A stretch of DNA of 32,000 bases from Candidatus Paracaedimonas acanthamoebae (GTDB lineage: Bacteria > Pseudomonadota > Alphaproteobacteria > Caedimonadales > Caedimonadaceae). The DNA is taken from contig CP008936.1 of assembly GCA_000743035.1 (NCBI GenBank), positions 720,001 through 752,000 on the forward strand, written 5' to 3'. Positions 16,027 through 26,139 of the stretch are shown piece after piece. Within the stretch, counting starts at the first letter, position 1. The number at the start of each line of letters is the position of its first letter. Under the pieces are notes generated by a model that was given only the letters and a program-made list of their open reading frames with translations, was not told where the DNA came from and ran no database searches. The position numbers were made by a program, and so were the translations under genes.

Positions 16027-19000
16027 TTAAAATTTATGTCCTAATTTGAGAGAGATTTCGTGAGCTTTGTATTTTGCACTGAATTGAGCATCATAAGCTG
16101 CTGAGATGAAGAGTCCTGAGTTAGCTTTATAATCAAGGCTAAGTCCTGGAGAGAACTGATGCTGGGTTTTGTTGGAACCTGCGGCAAGGAAAGATCCAGG
16201 TTGGCCCACAAGGTTAGCGGTGATTTCCCCCTTCTTCAGCGGATGCTTATTCACATAAGAGAGCTTCACTTTTGCTGTGAGGAGGCCTTCTTCGAGTTTA
16301 TAGTGACGGTAGAAGTTAAGACCTGGTTCTGTCCGAAGGGAAGTATTTGTCTTGCTTCTGATATGAAGGTTAAGGGCGCCTGCATCTTTTTCTTGATAAC
16401 CTTTTTCATGAATGTGCACATAATCTTCACGGATGAATGGCACAACCTCGATGCCATTGATTAAAGTAAATCCATGCCCAATCTCAAGGCTTGGAGCTAA
16501 GACATAGCCGTTATGGCGACTGCGTGCTGTTCGATCAATAGTCGCAAAAGTCATGCGGCGACGGATATTATAACGGTTATAGGCTCCTGTTATTGAGGCA
16601 TTGATATAGAGCTTATTGTGGAACCAAGTACTATAGACACTGGCGAGATAATCTCTAATCCTTCCTTGAGAGACACCTCCGGTCCATTTGATGCGACTTT
16701 GATCATATCCAATGCTGGCACCGACAAAGAGATCAGGTTTGAACTTATAATCCACCCCAATTAAGGATCCGCCTACTCTATTGCGATAGCCTAGATCTCG
16801 GGCTGTTGATTTTTGTTTGGAGTAATTACCGAAGCCTTGGATCCAGATGCCGCCTTTAGGTCCCATCATCAGAGCATTGTCTTGCATTTGCTGCCCAATA
16901 TTGAGCGCCATGGAAGAGCCCCGTGCTTGTCGTCCATCGGCTTTCATTTGTCCAAAAGCTTGTTTGATATGATTCATGAGGGAGGTAGCTCTTTGGTTTT
17001 TCGTTGTGGTAAAGGCAGCGACGGCCACAGCAGAGGTTGCCATATCTCGCAGATAATGCATTCTAAACCCATTGATCTCATTGATGAGCGTTGCAGTCTC
17101 TTCAGTCTGAATCTGTAATAACTCGTCTGGAGAAATCTCTGAGAAAATATCTGTAATTCCATGTGCTTCTGGTCGTGAGTTAAAGATAGATATAATATTG
17201 CTTAAATCAGAACCTGGAACAGGTGAAAGATTATCAAAATAATGAGCTGAAGCTATATAGTTTGGATTATCGCTTACAGAACGGACGATCTCTTCAAAGA
17301 GAACATGCCCATCAAACTTTAGGAATACTTTATTGGGATCCATGATATAATCAGCAACCCATTTATAACGCACATGTGAACTTTGAATAGCGCCAAATTG
17401 ACCATCAATGAGATTATCAGAGCTTAAGACTTCAAAAGGAGGATGGTTTTCATAAGCATTGTTATCCCCTGGTGTCACCTGCACAGAAAGAATACTGTTA
17501 TTAAGATGGGCAGTTCCTTCAACATGAAGTTTATTGGATTGCTCAGAATTGACAGCAATTTGAGTAATACCTTGGGATGAAGGAAGATAATCTCCTCTTA
17601 TCGTAAATATTCCCACAGGATCACTTGGCGTTACAATACTATTGTTGACCACTGTTCCTACAGAGCTAGTTCCTGTTAAAGTAGCACCAGCATCTACAGT
17701 GACATTTCCAATAGAGCCATCAACAACAAGCGTTCCTCCTTTAACATGGGTGTCGCCTATGTATAAATTAGCCTTCGTGAGGGTCAAAGAACTACTTCCT
17801 GTTTTATCAAATCCTCCTGCCCCATTGATCATGCTAGCAATTGTTGTTGGGGAATCTGTTTGAAGAATGGCTCTCCCTCCTTGAAGTGTTATAGGATTCG
17901 TGAGGGTCAAAGGTGTTCCAATGTTTAAGGTGGTTTGATCATGAAGCGTGATAGGTCCTGAGCCTTGAGCTGTTAGAGAAGAGATACGAATGCCGCCTTC
18001 TTCAATAGTCAATCCTCCACTAAATGTATTGTTGCCTCTGAAGGTCAAGAAAGCAAGCCCACGCTTAACAACTTTACCCCCATTACCCTTAATCTGACCT
18101 GCAAAGGCTGATGGTTGAGCAGCGTTTAGCATATTCACAGTGAGAGTCTTATCGCCAAGGTCAATTTGGCTATTTGTAATCTGTGAGTTTGTTGAAAAGA
18201 TTGAAGCCACAGTTTGGTTTTGAGCGCTCATATCAAAGACAGAATCATTAGTCGTAAAAATAAGTGAGCTATTGGAAGGAAGAGTACTGCTAGCCTTCAT
18301 GGTAAGCTTAGCCTCATTAATTGTCCAAAGAGGCGTCTTAAGGTTCTCTCCTCCTAAAGTAAGATCCGCATTAAGAATAACTTGAGAGTTTACCCCACCT
18401 TCAAGAGTTCCATCAACGACAGAAGATCCATTCAGCATCAAGGATTGATTCCCCCATTTAAAGGAGGTATTTGCACTTCCTTGTAGAGAAGAAAGGATAA
18501 GATTATTCCCAGAAGCACTTGCATCAAAAGAGGCGTTTTCATCTGCAAGAATGATAGATGTTGTTGCAGCTAAGCTGGCCCCTTGTGTCAAAACAACTTT
18601 CCCGTTCTCATTAACCTGAAGGGTGCCTAGTGCACTATTGGCTCCTCCCAATGTCAATGTCGAGCTTCCATCTACAATCACACGGCCACCAGAACTACTG
18701 TTGAACACGCCCTTAAAAAGTGAATTTCCTTTTAAGGTAAGTTTATTGTTGCCTAGAATCACACGGCTATTGGTTTGGCCATTTAATTTTCTCAAGGTCA
18801 CAGGTGCAGCAAGGCTGATGTCAAAGGTGGTGCCTTGATCTCTAAGCGTTACATCACTATTGTTAGGAAGACCTCCACCTGTACCCAAGGCAAAAGTTGC
18901 GCTATCACAAAGTTCGATGCCCCCTGTTAAGAGATTTTGAGCCTTGCTTATGAGAGTCCCTGAGCCTTTGATAAGAAGTTTATTAGCGCCTTCTATAACA

Positions 19001-22000
19001 CCTGTTAGAGTGGAGAGGAAAGTTCTTGTATCAAAGCTAATTCCTTGATGAGGACCTGGGGCCGCTGCATTGAGTGTAAATTTATTCCCCACAGTTACAT
19101 TTGCGCCCCAGTAAAGGGTGGTGTTATCTGCCATGGCAACAGGGCCAGCGCCTAAAGCTGTATTTGTAGAAAAGGTAACAGCGGTATAACCATTTGGCAG
19201 TTCAAGTCCACCTGTAAAGGTATTTTGACCGCCTAAACTTAAATCATTTGCCACAATCAGTTTCCCGCCTCCACTGATTGAGCCATTGAGCGTTCCTAAA
19301 TACCCTCCTGGTTCCATCGTCACAACTCCATTAAGTGAGAAAGGGTTGCTTAAGGTTCCATCCGCTCCCCATGAAAGAGTTGTGTTGTTACCAAAAGTTG
19401 CTGCCCCTGTTCCAAGAGCGCCATTCTTAAAAATGGCTATGGTACTATTGGGAGCGAAATATGTTTCCCTACTATAGGTATTGGGAGATTGCTGAGTTGC
19501 ATTTCCTAGCCATATCTCGCCTGCCATAATAAGTTTTCCAGGGCCACTGATGACTCCAGCTAATCCCCCACTTGTTGTTGTTCCATCGAATGTAATGCCG
19601 ACAGGATTATTCGCAACTGTATTGAGGATAAACCCATTATTTAAAGTGTTGACGGATCCCCATTTAAGCATCGTCCCATCAGCCATCGTCACAGGTCCTG
19701 TCCCTAACGATGTAGAATTGTCAGAGATGGCAATAGTCCCCTTTTCCAGAGTGGTGCCACCGCTGTAAGTATTCTGACCAGAGACAAACCAAGTCCCAGT
19801 CCCTTGTTTTACAACTTTGCCACCTACCCCTTGAATCACACCCTCAAAAGTTGAGTCATTCCCTGTGCCAAAAGTTAAAGTATTGCCTCCAAGGTTAATG
19901 ATGCTGCTGGTGTCCCCCGTGAGATCACTCAAAACTTGAGACCCTAAACTCATATCAAAAGTAGACCCAATGCCGACAAGTGAGAGAGATTTGTTAGGAC
20001 CCACAAAAATATTTGGGAGGCCTGCTTTAAGGGTTGTCCCTGCTTGGACTGCAGTGCCTCCTTGATGAGACATAACACCCCCCAATGTTAAGATACTGCC
20101 GCCCTTAATAATGAGATTTGTGAGAGTGCCAACAGCTTGTGAGATGGCTCCGCTCAGTGTACTTGCATACCCTCCTGTATTGATTGTGACGGTATTTCCA
20201 TTTAAAGTCATTGGATTTGTAATGGTTGCAGGCGCCCCAAACTTTAATGTTGTGGCATTGGCCATCGTCACGGCACCTGTGCCAAGCGCGCCCGATTTAA
20301 AGAGGGTAACAGCTTTATTGGCGCTGATGTCTGTACCGCCAGAATAGGTGTTTGCTGGACTCCCTGCTTGGCCTAAGGTTAGATTATCAGAAATAAGGAG
20401 TTTACCAGCACCTAGAGTCGCATCTGAAATAGCCCCTTTTAAGGCTCCATTAAACCCATTAGTATTTGTAGTCACTGTGCCGCTTAGCTTAAAAGCATTC
20501 TCAAATACTGCATCTGCGCCCCATTTTAAGGTTGTTCCACTCCCCATTGTTACAGGACCTGTACCGAAGGATGTATTGTTTCTAACTTCAACCCCTCCTG
20601 AAGAAATGGTGGTTCCCCCAGAATATAAGTTCTGAGCGTTAAGCATAAGATATCCTATCCCTTTTTTGGTCAAAGAACCATTTCCAGAGATCACCCCACT
20701 CAATGTCACGGGATTATTACCTATATCAAAAATACCTCCTCCTTGATTAAGAGTAATAGGACGATTTAATGTCAAAGCAGGCCCATTGGTGAATTTTAGC
20801 ATTCCAGAGGTATCATTAAGCCCTGTATTTGTTCCTAAGGTAATAATCGCATCCGGTGCCGTAACAGGATGATAAGCCTTACCTAAATTACTATCACTGC
20901 TAATGGATATAGTTCCATTTTTAACTTCTGTGCCTCCCTCGTATATATTAGCACCATTAAGGACCAGCGTGCCTAATCCATTTTTGGTCAGAGGGACACT
21001 TCCATTAGGAGATGAAATTACATTATTGATGCTTTGAGTGACACCTTGGACAACAGAAAGAGTGATACCTTGAGAGCTTACGAAGTTAGGATTAAGCTCA
21101 ATATTATTGTTAAACTCAATTCCAGGCCCATTAAATAGCGTCGTTGATCCTGACAATCTTAGAGAGCCTGCCCCAGACCACTTACTGTTGGCATCTAAAC
21201 GGAGTAAGTCAAAGTTGAAAAAACGATCATTGTTTATAATTTCTCCAATATTGATGAACGTTTTTCTGTTTGAAATTGAGCTTGCGTCTATCGTTATTGT
21301 ACCGGTGTTAGTGAATTGATTGTTATTTTCCAATATGGTTGCGTACTCTAAAGTCATGGCACCTGAATTCGTAAGCTGAGTACTTAAGGTAATTAATTTA
21401 TCTGAAAATGTACCCTGTCCTGAGAGAATAGTTGTGCCATTTTGAGCAACTGAAGAATCAATAAACTCTAAAATACCTTGACTAGCGCTTGAAAAGTCGC
21501 CTGAGAAAGTCAACGTCTTTCCATTATTATCAATTGTACTAGAAGCCCCAAGAGAGATATCATTGTCAAGTGTGAGAACATTCTGATCTGCTTGGAGGGT
21601 TCCTCCTTCTAAACTAACCACCCCTGTGCCTAGAGCTGAATTATGTCTAACTTGAACCGTTCCTGCAGAAAGGGTGGTTCCGCCAGAGTAATCGTTATTC
21701 CCAGAAACACGCCAAGTGCCCTCCCCTTGTTTGACAATCTTACCATCTACTCCTTGAATCACACCCTCAAAAGTTGAGTCATTCCCTGCGTCTATATCCA
21801 GGGTAAGAGTTTTGTCTCCTAAATTAATCTCACTTCCGACATTGCCATCCAAGGAAGCAAGGGTTTGTGGTGCATCAGCCATATTGAAGATTGCCTTATT
21901 AGCCCCTGAACTGATAAGAGAAAGAGAACTTTCAGCTGCCAAAGAGCTGCCTGCTTCCATCTTCACTGTCACTGGATTTGCCGTGGCATCAGCTGTCAAA

Positions 22001-24579
22001 AGACCTGTATTTGTATTTTGTCCTCCTAGTGTTAGGTTATTCTTGGCGGTAATATTTCCTCCAAGCCCCGAGAAAATACCATCAAAGTTTGAAGGTTGGG
22101 TTAAAGTTAAGGTACGAGTATCTAGAAGAACTTGACTGGTATTTCCCCCTTGCAAACCTCCTAGAGACTGGTCAGCTTGCCTCATATCAAAAATAGTGTT
22201 CTGTCCTAAAAGATTGAGGTTACCCGACACGGCATTGGCAATACCTGCTTTAAACGTTGTATCATCCTGAACTTCAATCCCTCCTGAGTGGGAAGCAACA
22301 TTATTTAACGTTAGGACATTTCCTCCTTGAATAATGAGTTTCATCACACTGGCTCCAATCTGTGTGATAGCCCCCGATAAGATGCTGGCAAATCCTCCTG
22401 TATCAATCGTAGCTACCCCTGGATTGCCTGAGCTCCCTGAATCAAGCACCAAGGGATTGTTGATGACGAGGCCACCTATTCCAAACTGGAGTGCCGTATT
22501 ATTTGACAGCTTAATTGTTGAAGTTCCAAAGCTGGTGTTTGACCTTGCAGTTACGCTTCCTTCTTGAAAGAGAGAGTTGCCTCCATAAGCATTCGAATAT
22601 AAAGTTAAGTTCCCATTCCCCGCCTTAACAACGGAAGCATTAACTCCTCCTTCAATTGTTCCCTTATAATCTGAATCATCATCACTTTCTAAAGTGAGTG
22701 TTTTATCACTCCCAAGCTTAACCTTACTTGTTACTGCGGAGCCATTAAGATCTTTAACTGTTTGAGATTGATAGGATAAATCAAGAACTGAATTACTCGC
22801 GATTGAAATTGACGGTGCTTTGGTAAAAGGACCTTTTGTCGTTAATTGTGAATTTGCCTCAATCCCAATTCCTGTAAGATTAACATTTCCCTCAGTCGTA
22901 AGATCCCCCCATACATGCATTGTAGAGGCACCAGACTCTCCAATAGAACCTGTAAGAATGCCTTTATTTGTCACGTTATTGCTCACAGTATTAATATTAC
23001 CACGCGTACCGATAACAAAATTGTTTTGAAGCGTGGCATCGGCTTCAAGCGTCAGAATTGCATTAGATCGAAGCGTGACAGTATTCGTGCCCAAAGGTTT
23101 TGGATTGGATCCTATCATAACAGTGGCTTCGTCGACGTCGAGAGGACCAGAAAAGGCAGAATTATCAGCTGTTAGCTTAAGGATACCTTGGGATGGAGAG
23201 CTACTTGTTACATTTAACCCACCATTCCCGCTTAGAGGGCTACTGATTGTAAGGTTTTTTCCTGATTGAATATCAAAGGTGTTATTCTCAGCTAATTGTA
23301 AACTAGGAATATCTGCAGGACTAAAAGTCGCATCTTGATTAACGATAATAGTTCCATTATCGAGTTGAAATGCCCCTACCTTAAGAGCACCTCCATCAAG
23401 CCAAAGCTGCGCACCATCTTCAATAATAAAACTGTCGGCTTCGAGAGGTTGTCCCATCGTTGATGGTAAAGATAGCTGGCATAAAGGTGATATAAGCTTA
23501 AAGATACCAGAACCACCAATGGGATTATTATCATCATCTGTTGTCGAGACGCGAAGGCTTCTGCCATCACTGATCGTGTAATCACGATCAAGCGTAAGTT
23601 GTTGAAGGATAGACCTACCTGGTTGCGTCCAAGCCTCTGGGGCGAAAAACATGCGTATACGCCCACCGCTCCCTGTTTCTAGTGCATATAATTGTCCTGT
23701 GCTCTCATTTAATGCTAAAGCAATAGGACGATTAAGCTCACCTATAGGAGTCTGGTCTTTATATTGGTAATTTGGTGGATTAGTATCAGTAGCATAATAT
23801 TGGATATTGGATAATCCTTTGTCAAGAATCCACACTGGTCCAAAAGTATTTGTATTGAGAGTTACAATGCTAACTGGTTCAACTAAATTTCCATTAAGAT
23901 TTGAAAAATCAAAGGCATTCAAAGTTGTTGTATCTATGGCGCTAACTCTACCTTGATCAGTAACTTGATTCTTAATTGTTGTATAAAGAATGCCTTTTAA
24001 AGAATTAACACTAAATCCTGTTGCAATTTCATTAGCATTGAGAGGAATAGAAGCACTATTTGATGAACTTCCAACATTATAAACTTTTATTTCTGAATCT
24101 GGGGTTGTTAAGTAAATTGAGTTGGCTGTCCCATTGACGTTTGTACGAACTGTTATGTTGGTAGGTGTACTATAGGCGGTTGACGAAGTAGATAATAAGG
24201 ATCCATTTGAGAGAGCATATTCACTTATTCGGTAGTTAGTATCGGTTCCATTTGGAGTTCGCATGATCCATATATTGGGGCTACCATCCGATCTTTTACT
24301 TGTAGCTATCCCTAATGGCTTGGAATTGGGAGCACTAAAAAAAGAACTTTGACCAATTCCTGTAGACTTAAAAGAATAAACAGTGTTTGCTATCGTGTCG
24401 GAGACAAAAACACGTCCGGTGATAGGATCAACAGCAATGCCAGATGGCTGTTGAAAAGCATTGTTTGTCGCGAAGCTATGAATATAAATTGGACTCGTAG
24501 AGGCCGGGGAATTTATAAAACACAAAAGAAGAAGATAGATGAATCTTTTAAACAATAAGTTCTTTAGTAATTTTCTCAT
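16027..24579 (-). CDS. Giant autotransporter (type Va): signal peptide, NHL-like N-terminal region, PATR-repeat passenger, C-terminal beta-barrel
   Basis: 2850 aa. The leader is MRKLLKNLLFKRFIYLLLLCFINSPASTS. NHL-like units occur in aa ~30-320 (PSGIAVDPITGRVFVSDTIANTVYSF; RPIALALNESTGQLYALETGSGGRIRMF). At least ten autotransporter-associated beta-strand repeats are present (e.g. KQGEGTWRVSGNNDYSGGTTLSAGTV, KNGLGTLVLNGANIYEGGTEVKNGTI). The last ~275 aa (nt 16030-16856) form a typical autotransporter barrel (GGIWIQGFGNYSKQK...GVDYKF...ending HKF). Confidence 0.92.
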   Translation of the reverse strand: MRKLLKNLLFKRFIYLLLLCFINSPASTSPIYIHSFATNNAFQQPSGIAVDPITGRVFVSDTIANTVYSFKSTGIGQSSFFSAPNSKPLGIATSKRSDGSPNIWIMRTPNGTDTNYRISEYALSNGSLLSTSSTAYSTPTNITVRTNVNGTANSIYLTTPDSEIKVYNVGSSSNSASIPLNANEIATGFSVNSLKGILYTTIKNQVTDQGRVSAIDTTTLNAFDFSNLNGNLVEPVSIVTLNTNTFGPVWILDKGLSNIQYYATDTNPPNYQYKDQTPIGELNRPIALALNESTGQLYALETGSGGRIRMFFAPEAWTQPGRSILQQLTLDRDYTISDGRSLRVSTTDDDNNPIGGSGIFKLISPLCQLSLPSTMGQPLEADSFIIEDGAQLWLDGGALKVGAFQLDNGTIIVNQDATFSPADIPSLQLAENNTFDIQSGKNLTISSPLSGNGGLNVTSSSPSQGILKLTADNSAFSGPLDVDEATVMIGSNPKPLGTNTVTLRSNAILTLEADATLQNNFVIGTRGNINTVSNNVTNKGILTGSIGESGASTMHVWGDLTTEGNVNLTGIGIEANSQLTTKGPFTKAPSISIASNSVLDLSYQSQTVKDLNGSAVTSKVKLGSDKTLTLESDDDSDYKGTIEGGVNASVVKAGNGNLTLYSNAYGGNSLFQEGSVTARSNTSFGTSTIKLSNNTALQFGIGGLVINNPLVLDSGSSGNPGVATIDTGGFASILSGAITQIGASVMKLIIQGGNVLTLNNVASHSGGIEVQDDTTFKAGIANAVSGNLNLLGQNTIFDMRQADQSLGGLQGGNTSQVLLDTRTLTLTQPSNFDGIFSGLGGNITAKNNLTLGGQNTNTGLLTADATANPVTVKMEAGSSLAAESSLSLISSGANKAIFNMADAPQTLASLDGNVGSEINLGDKTLTLDIDAGNDSTFEGVIQGVDGKIVKQGEGTWRVSGNNDYSGGTTLSAGTVQVRHNSALGTGVVSLEGGTLQADQNVLTLDNDISLGASSTIDNNGKTLTFSGDFSSASQGILEFIDSSVAQNGTTILSGQGTFSDKLITLSTQLTNSGAMTLEYATILENNNQFTNTGTITIDASSISNRKTFINIGEIINNDRFFNFDLLRLDANSKWSGAGSLRLSGSTTLFNGPGIEFNNNIELNPNFVSSQGITLSVVQGVTQSINNVISSPNGSVPLTKNGLGTLVLNGANIYEGGTEVKNGTISISSDSNLGKAYHPVTAPDAIITLGTNTGLNDTSGMLKFTNGPALTLNRPITLNQGGGIFDIGNNPVTLSGVISGNGSLTKKGIGYLMLNAQNLYSGGTTISSGGVEVRNNTSFGTGPVTMGSGTTLKWGADAVFENAFKLSGTVTTNTNGFNGALKGAISDATLGAGKLLISDNLTLGQAGSPANTYSGGTDISANKAVTLFKSGALGTGAVTMANATTLKFGAPATITNPMTLNGNTVTINTGGYASTLSGAISQAVGTLTNLIIKGGSILTLGGVMSHQGGTAVQAGTTLKAGLPNIFVGPNKSLSLVGIGSTFDMSLGSQVLSDLTGDTSSIINLGGNTLTFGTGNDSTFEGVIQGVGGKVVKQGTGTWFVSGQNTYSGGTTLEKGTIAISDNSTSLGTGPVTMADGTMLKWGSVNTLNNGFILNTVANNPVGITFDGTTTSGGLAGVISGPGKLIMAGEIWLGNATQQSPNTYSRETYFAPNSTIAIFKNGALGTGAATFGNNTTLSWGADGTLSNPFSLNGVVTMEPGGYLGTLNGSISGGGKLIVANDLSLGGQNTFTGGLELPNGYTAVTFSTNTALGAGPVAMADNTTLYWGANVTVGNKFTLNAAAPGPHQGISFDTRTFLSTLTGVIEGANKLLIKGSGTLISKAQNLLTGGIELCDSATFALGTGGGLPNNSDVTLRDQGTTFDISLAAPVTLRKLNGQTNSRVILGNNKLTLKGNSLFKGVFNSSSGGRVIVDGSSTLTLGGANSALGTLQVNENGKVVLTQGASLAATTSIILADENASFDASASGNNLILSSLQGSANTSFKWGNQSLMLNGSSVVDGTLEGGVNSQVILNADLTLGGENLKTPLWTINEAKLTMKASSTLPSNSSLIFTTNDSVFDMSAQNQTVASIFSTNSQITNSQIDLGDKTLTVNMLNAAQPSAFAGQIKGNGGKVVKRGLAFLTFRGNNTFSGGLTIEEGGIRISSLTAQGSGPITLHDQTTLNIGTPLTLTNPITLQGGRAILQTDSPTTIASMINGAGGFDKTGSSSLTLTKANLYIGDTHVKGGTLVVDGSIGNVTVDAGATLTGTSSVGTVVNNSIVTPSDPVGIFTIRGDYLPSSQGITQIAVNSEQSNKLHVEGTAHLNNSILSVQVTPGDNNAYENHPPFEVLSSDNLIDGQFGAIQSSHVRYKWVADYIMDPNKVFLKFDGHVLFEEIVRSVSDNPNYIASAHYFDNLSPVPGSDLSNIISIFNSRPEAHGITDIFSEISPDELLQIQTEETATLINEINGFRMHYLRDMATSAVAVAAFTTTKNQRATSLMNHIKQAFGQMKADGRQARGSSMALNIGQQMQDNALMMGPKGGIWIQGFGNYSKQKSTARDLGYRNRVGGSLIGVDYKFKPDLFVGASIGYDQSRIKWTGGVSQGRIRDYLASVYSTWFHNKLYINASITGAYNRYNIRRRMTFATIDRTARSRHNGYVLAPSLEIGHGFTLINGIEVVPFIREDYVHIHEKGYQEKDAGALNLHIRSKTNTSLRTEPGLNFYRHYKLEEGLLTAKVKLSYVNKHPLKKGEITANLVGQPGSFLAAGSNKTQHQFSPGLSLDYKANSGLFISAAYDAQFSAKYKAHEISLKLGHKF

Positions 24580-24715
24580 TCTTTACCCGCTCCCTGTTAG
24601 CAAATAAGTTTTCTTATATTTTTCTTAAAGTTACGTTGTAATAGTGAAAAAATTATTAAAATTTTTATTAAAGTTTAAGTCTAAATTTTGTCCATTTGAG
24701 GAAAATACATAGATT

Positions 24716-24743
24716 TTTAATAAGGTGGATCCACCTTATTAAA
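24716..24743. promoter_or_regulatory. Perfect 28-bp palindrome in the divergent autotransporter / LysR intergenic region (operator candidate)
   Basis: TTTAATAAGGTGGATCCACCTTATTAAA lies 137-164 bp upstream of the autotransporter ATG (24579, minus strand) and ~330 bp upstream of the LysR start at 25072. Confidence 0.4.
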
Positions 24744-24812
24744 GGCTGTATTGAATTTTATAAAACCGCGGCAAGAAACAAGAAAATAGATTTTAGATAC
24801 AGAGAATTTAAA

Positions 24813-24856
24813 AGAACCAGTGAGATTAGGGGGAGAAAAAGGTGTCACTGGTTCTT
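24813..24856 (+). other. Hairpin H1: 12-bp stem with a 20-nt G-rich loop containing TAGGGGGAG
   Basis: AAGAACCAGTGA (24813-24824) pairs perfectly with TCACTGGTTCTT (24845-24856). The loop is GATTAGGGGGAGAAAAGGTG. It is related to H2 and to a hairpin inside the R repeats. Confidence 0.6.
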
Positions 24857-25071
24857 GTAATCATATTATGACGCCTTAAATAAAATGACTAATGCTAAAT
24901 CAAAACAATAGATATGATTAAATGTTAAATCAGGATGGGCTAATAAAAATATTTATCTTTTAATTGGTTAACTGTAATTTTCCCCTGAAAAATGAAATCT
25001 ATCTTTCTTTTTTAATATTAATTACTATATGGTAATTAAAAATTGTAATAATAAAATAAATGGGGTGGAAA

Positions 25072-25956
25072 ATGAATCTTAATTTATTGAAAATGTTCTA
25101 TACTATCGCAAGTGCTGGCAGTTTAACTAAGGCAGCACAAATTTTGAATATTAGTCAGTCCGCCCTAAGTCGCCATATGCAAATATTAGAATATCAGCTA
25201 AAATTAGAACTTTTTAAAAGGCATCCACGAGGGCTTTATTTAACTGTGGATGGGGAAAGAGTTTTTAATTTAGCCAAGAGGATAGTAAATGAAAGTGATA
25301 ACTTTATAAGAGAGATAAGAGATAATAAGACAGATGAGGGCGATTTAAAAATCATTACAACACCAGGGATGGCGTCTATATGGTTATCTGAATTGCTTCC
25401 AAATTTCTTGGCTGAGTACCCTAAAATTCGTTTAGAAGTAATTTGTTCTTTTCTAGAGTCAGATCTTAATCCAGATGACAGTGACATTGTAATTAGAACA
25501 CATATCGATCATCATTTAGATCTTGTTCAAGAATTAGTACTAGAGTCACACCATAAGATGTATGATAGTTCTGTATATCTAAAACAATTTGGTGAACCTA
25601 AAACAGTAAGTGAATTAAGTAATCATAGATTAATTATTTTTGATAGACCTAAAATCAATAACTTGGCAAATAATCATTGGATTATTGATGTAGGAACTAG
25701 CTTGAAGGAACGGCGTGAACCTTTTCTTATTCTTAATTCCCTTGAAGGCTTAATTCATTGTGCCAGAAGAGGATTAGGAATAATTGGTATGCCGAAAGAA
25801 TTAATAGATTTGAGAAATCAGGATAATGAATTAATTAATATTCTTCCTGAAATTTTGGGACCTAAAACGGATATTTATGCAATCTACTCAACTAAAAAGA
25901 AACAATCGAAAAAAATAAATTTATTTATTGAATACTTAAAATCGATGATTTTTTAG
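25072..25956 (+). CDS. LysR-family transcriptional regulator (paralogue 1)
   Basis: N-terminal wHTH (MNLNLLKMFYTIASAGSLTKAAQILNISQSALSRHMQILEYQLKLELFKRHPRG) plus a LysR substrate-binding domain. GGTGGA sits upstream of the ATG at 25072, preferred to the track start at 25060. It is divergent from the autotransporter. Confidence 0.9.
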   Translation: MNLNLLKMFYTIASAGSLTKAAQILNISQSALSRHMQILEYQLKLELFKRHPRGLYLTVDGERVFNLAKRIVNESDNFIREIRDNKTDEGDLKIITTPGMASIWLSELLPNFLAEYPKIRLEVICSFLESDLNPDDSDIVIRTHIDHHLDLVQELVLESHHKMYDSSVYLKQFGEPKTVSELSNHRLIIFDRPKINNLANNHWIIDVGTSLKERREPFLILNSLEGLIHCARRGLGIIGMPKELIDLRNQDNELINILPEILGPKTDIYAIYSTKKKQSKKINLFIEYLKSMIF

Positions 25957-26139
25957 CAATTAACACTGTCATATTTGGAGGGGAAATTGGCTCTAAATGA
26001 ATAATATTCATGATAATCCTCTAATGTTAAATAAATTCTGCTATGCAAATTTTGGATATCATAACCTTGCTAGTAGGACAAGATTAAATAATTAATTTTT
26101 TATAAACTTCTAGTTATTTTTGGATATTACATTTGGGTA

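Noticed and set aside
16159-24558. About 20 plus-strand ORFs of 60-107 aa listed in the track inside the autotransporter gene (e.g. 16159-16464, 21812-22135, 22915-23175).
   Set aside because: All lie antisense to, or out of frame with, an uninterrupted 2850-codon gene that has clear domain content. Their products are low-complexity Pro/Val/Leu-rich mirror translations of the Gly/Thr/Asn-rich passenger, with no RBS or family signal.
25236-25487. 83-aa minus-strand ORF inside LysR paralogue 1. The ORFs at 29251-29497 and 29566-29805 opposite LysR paralogue 4 are similar cases.
   Set aside because: They are antisense shadows of LysR coding sequence.
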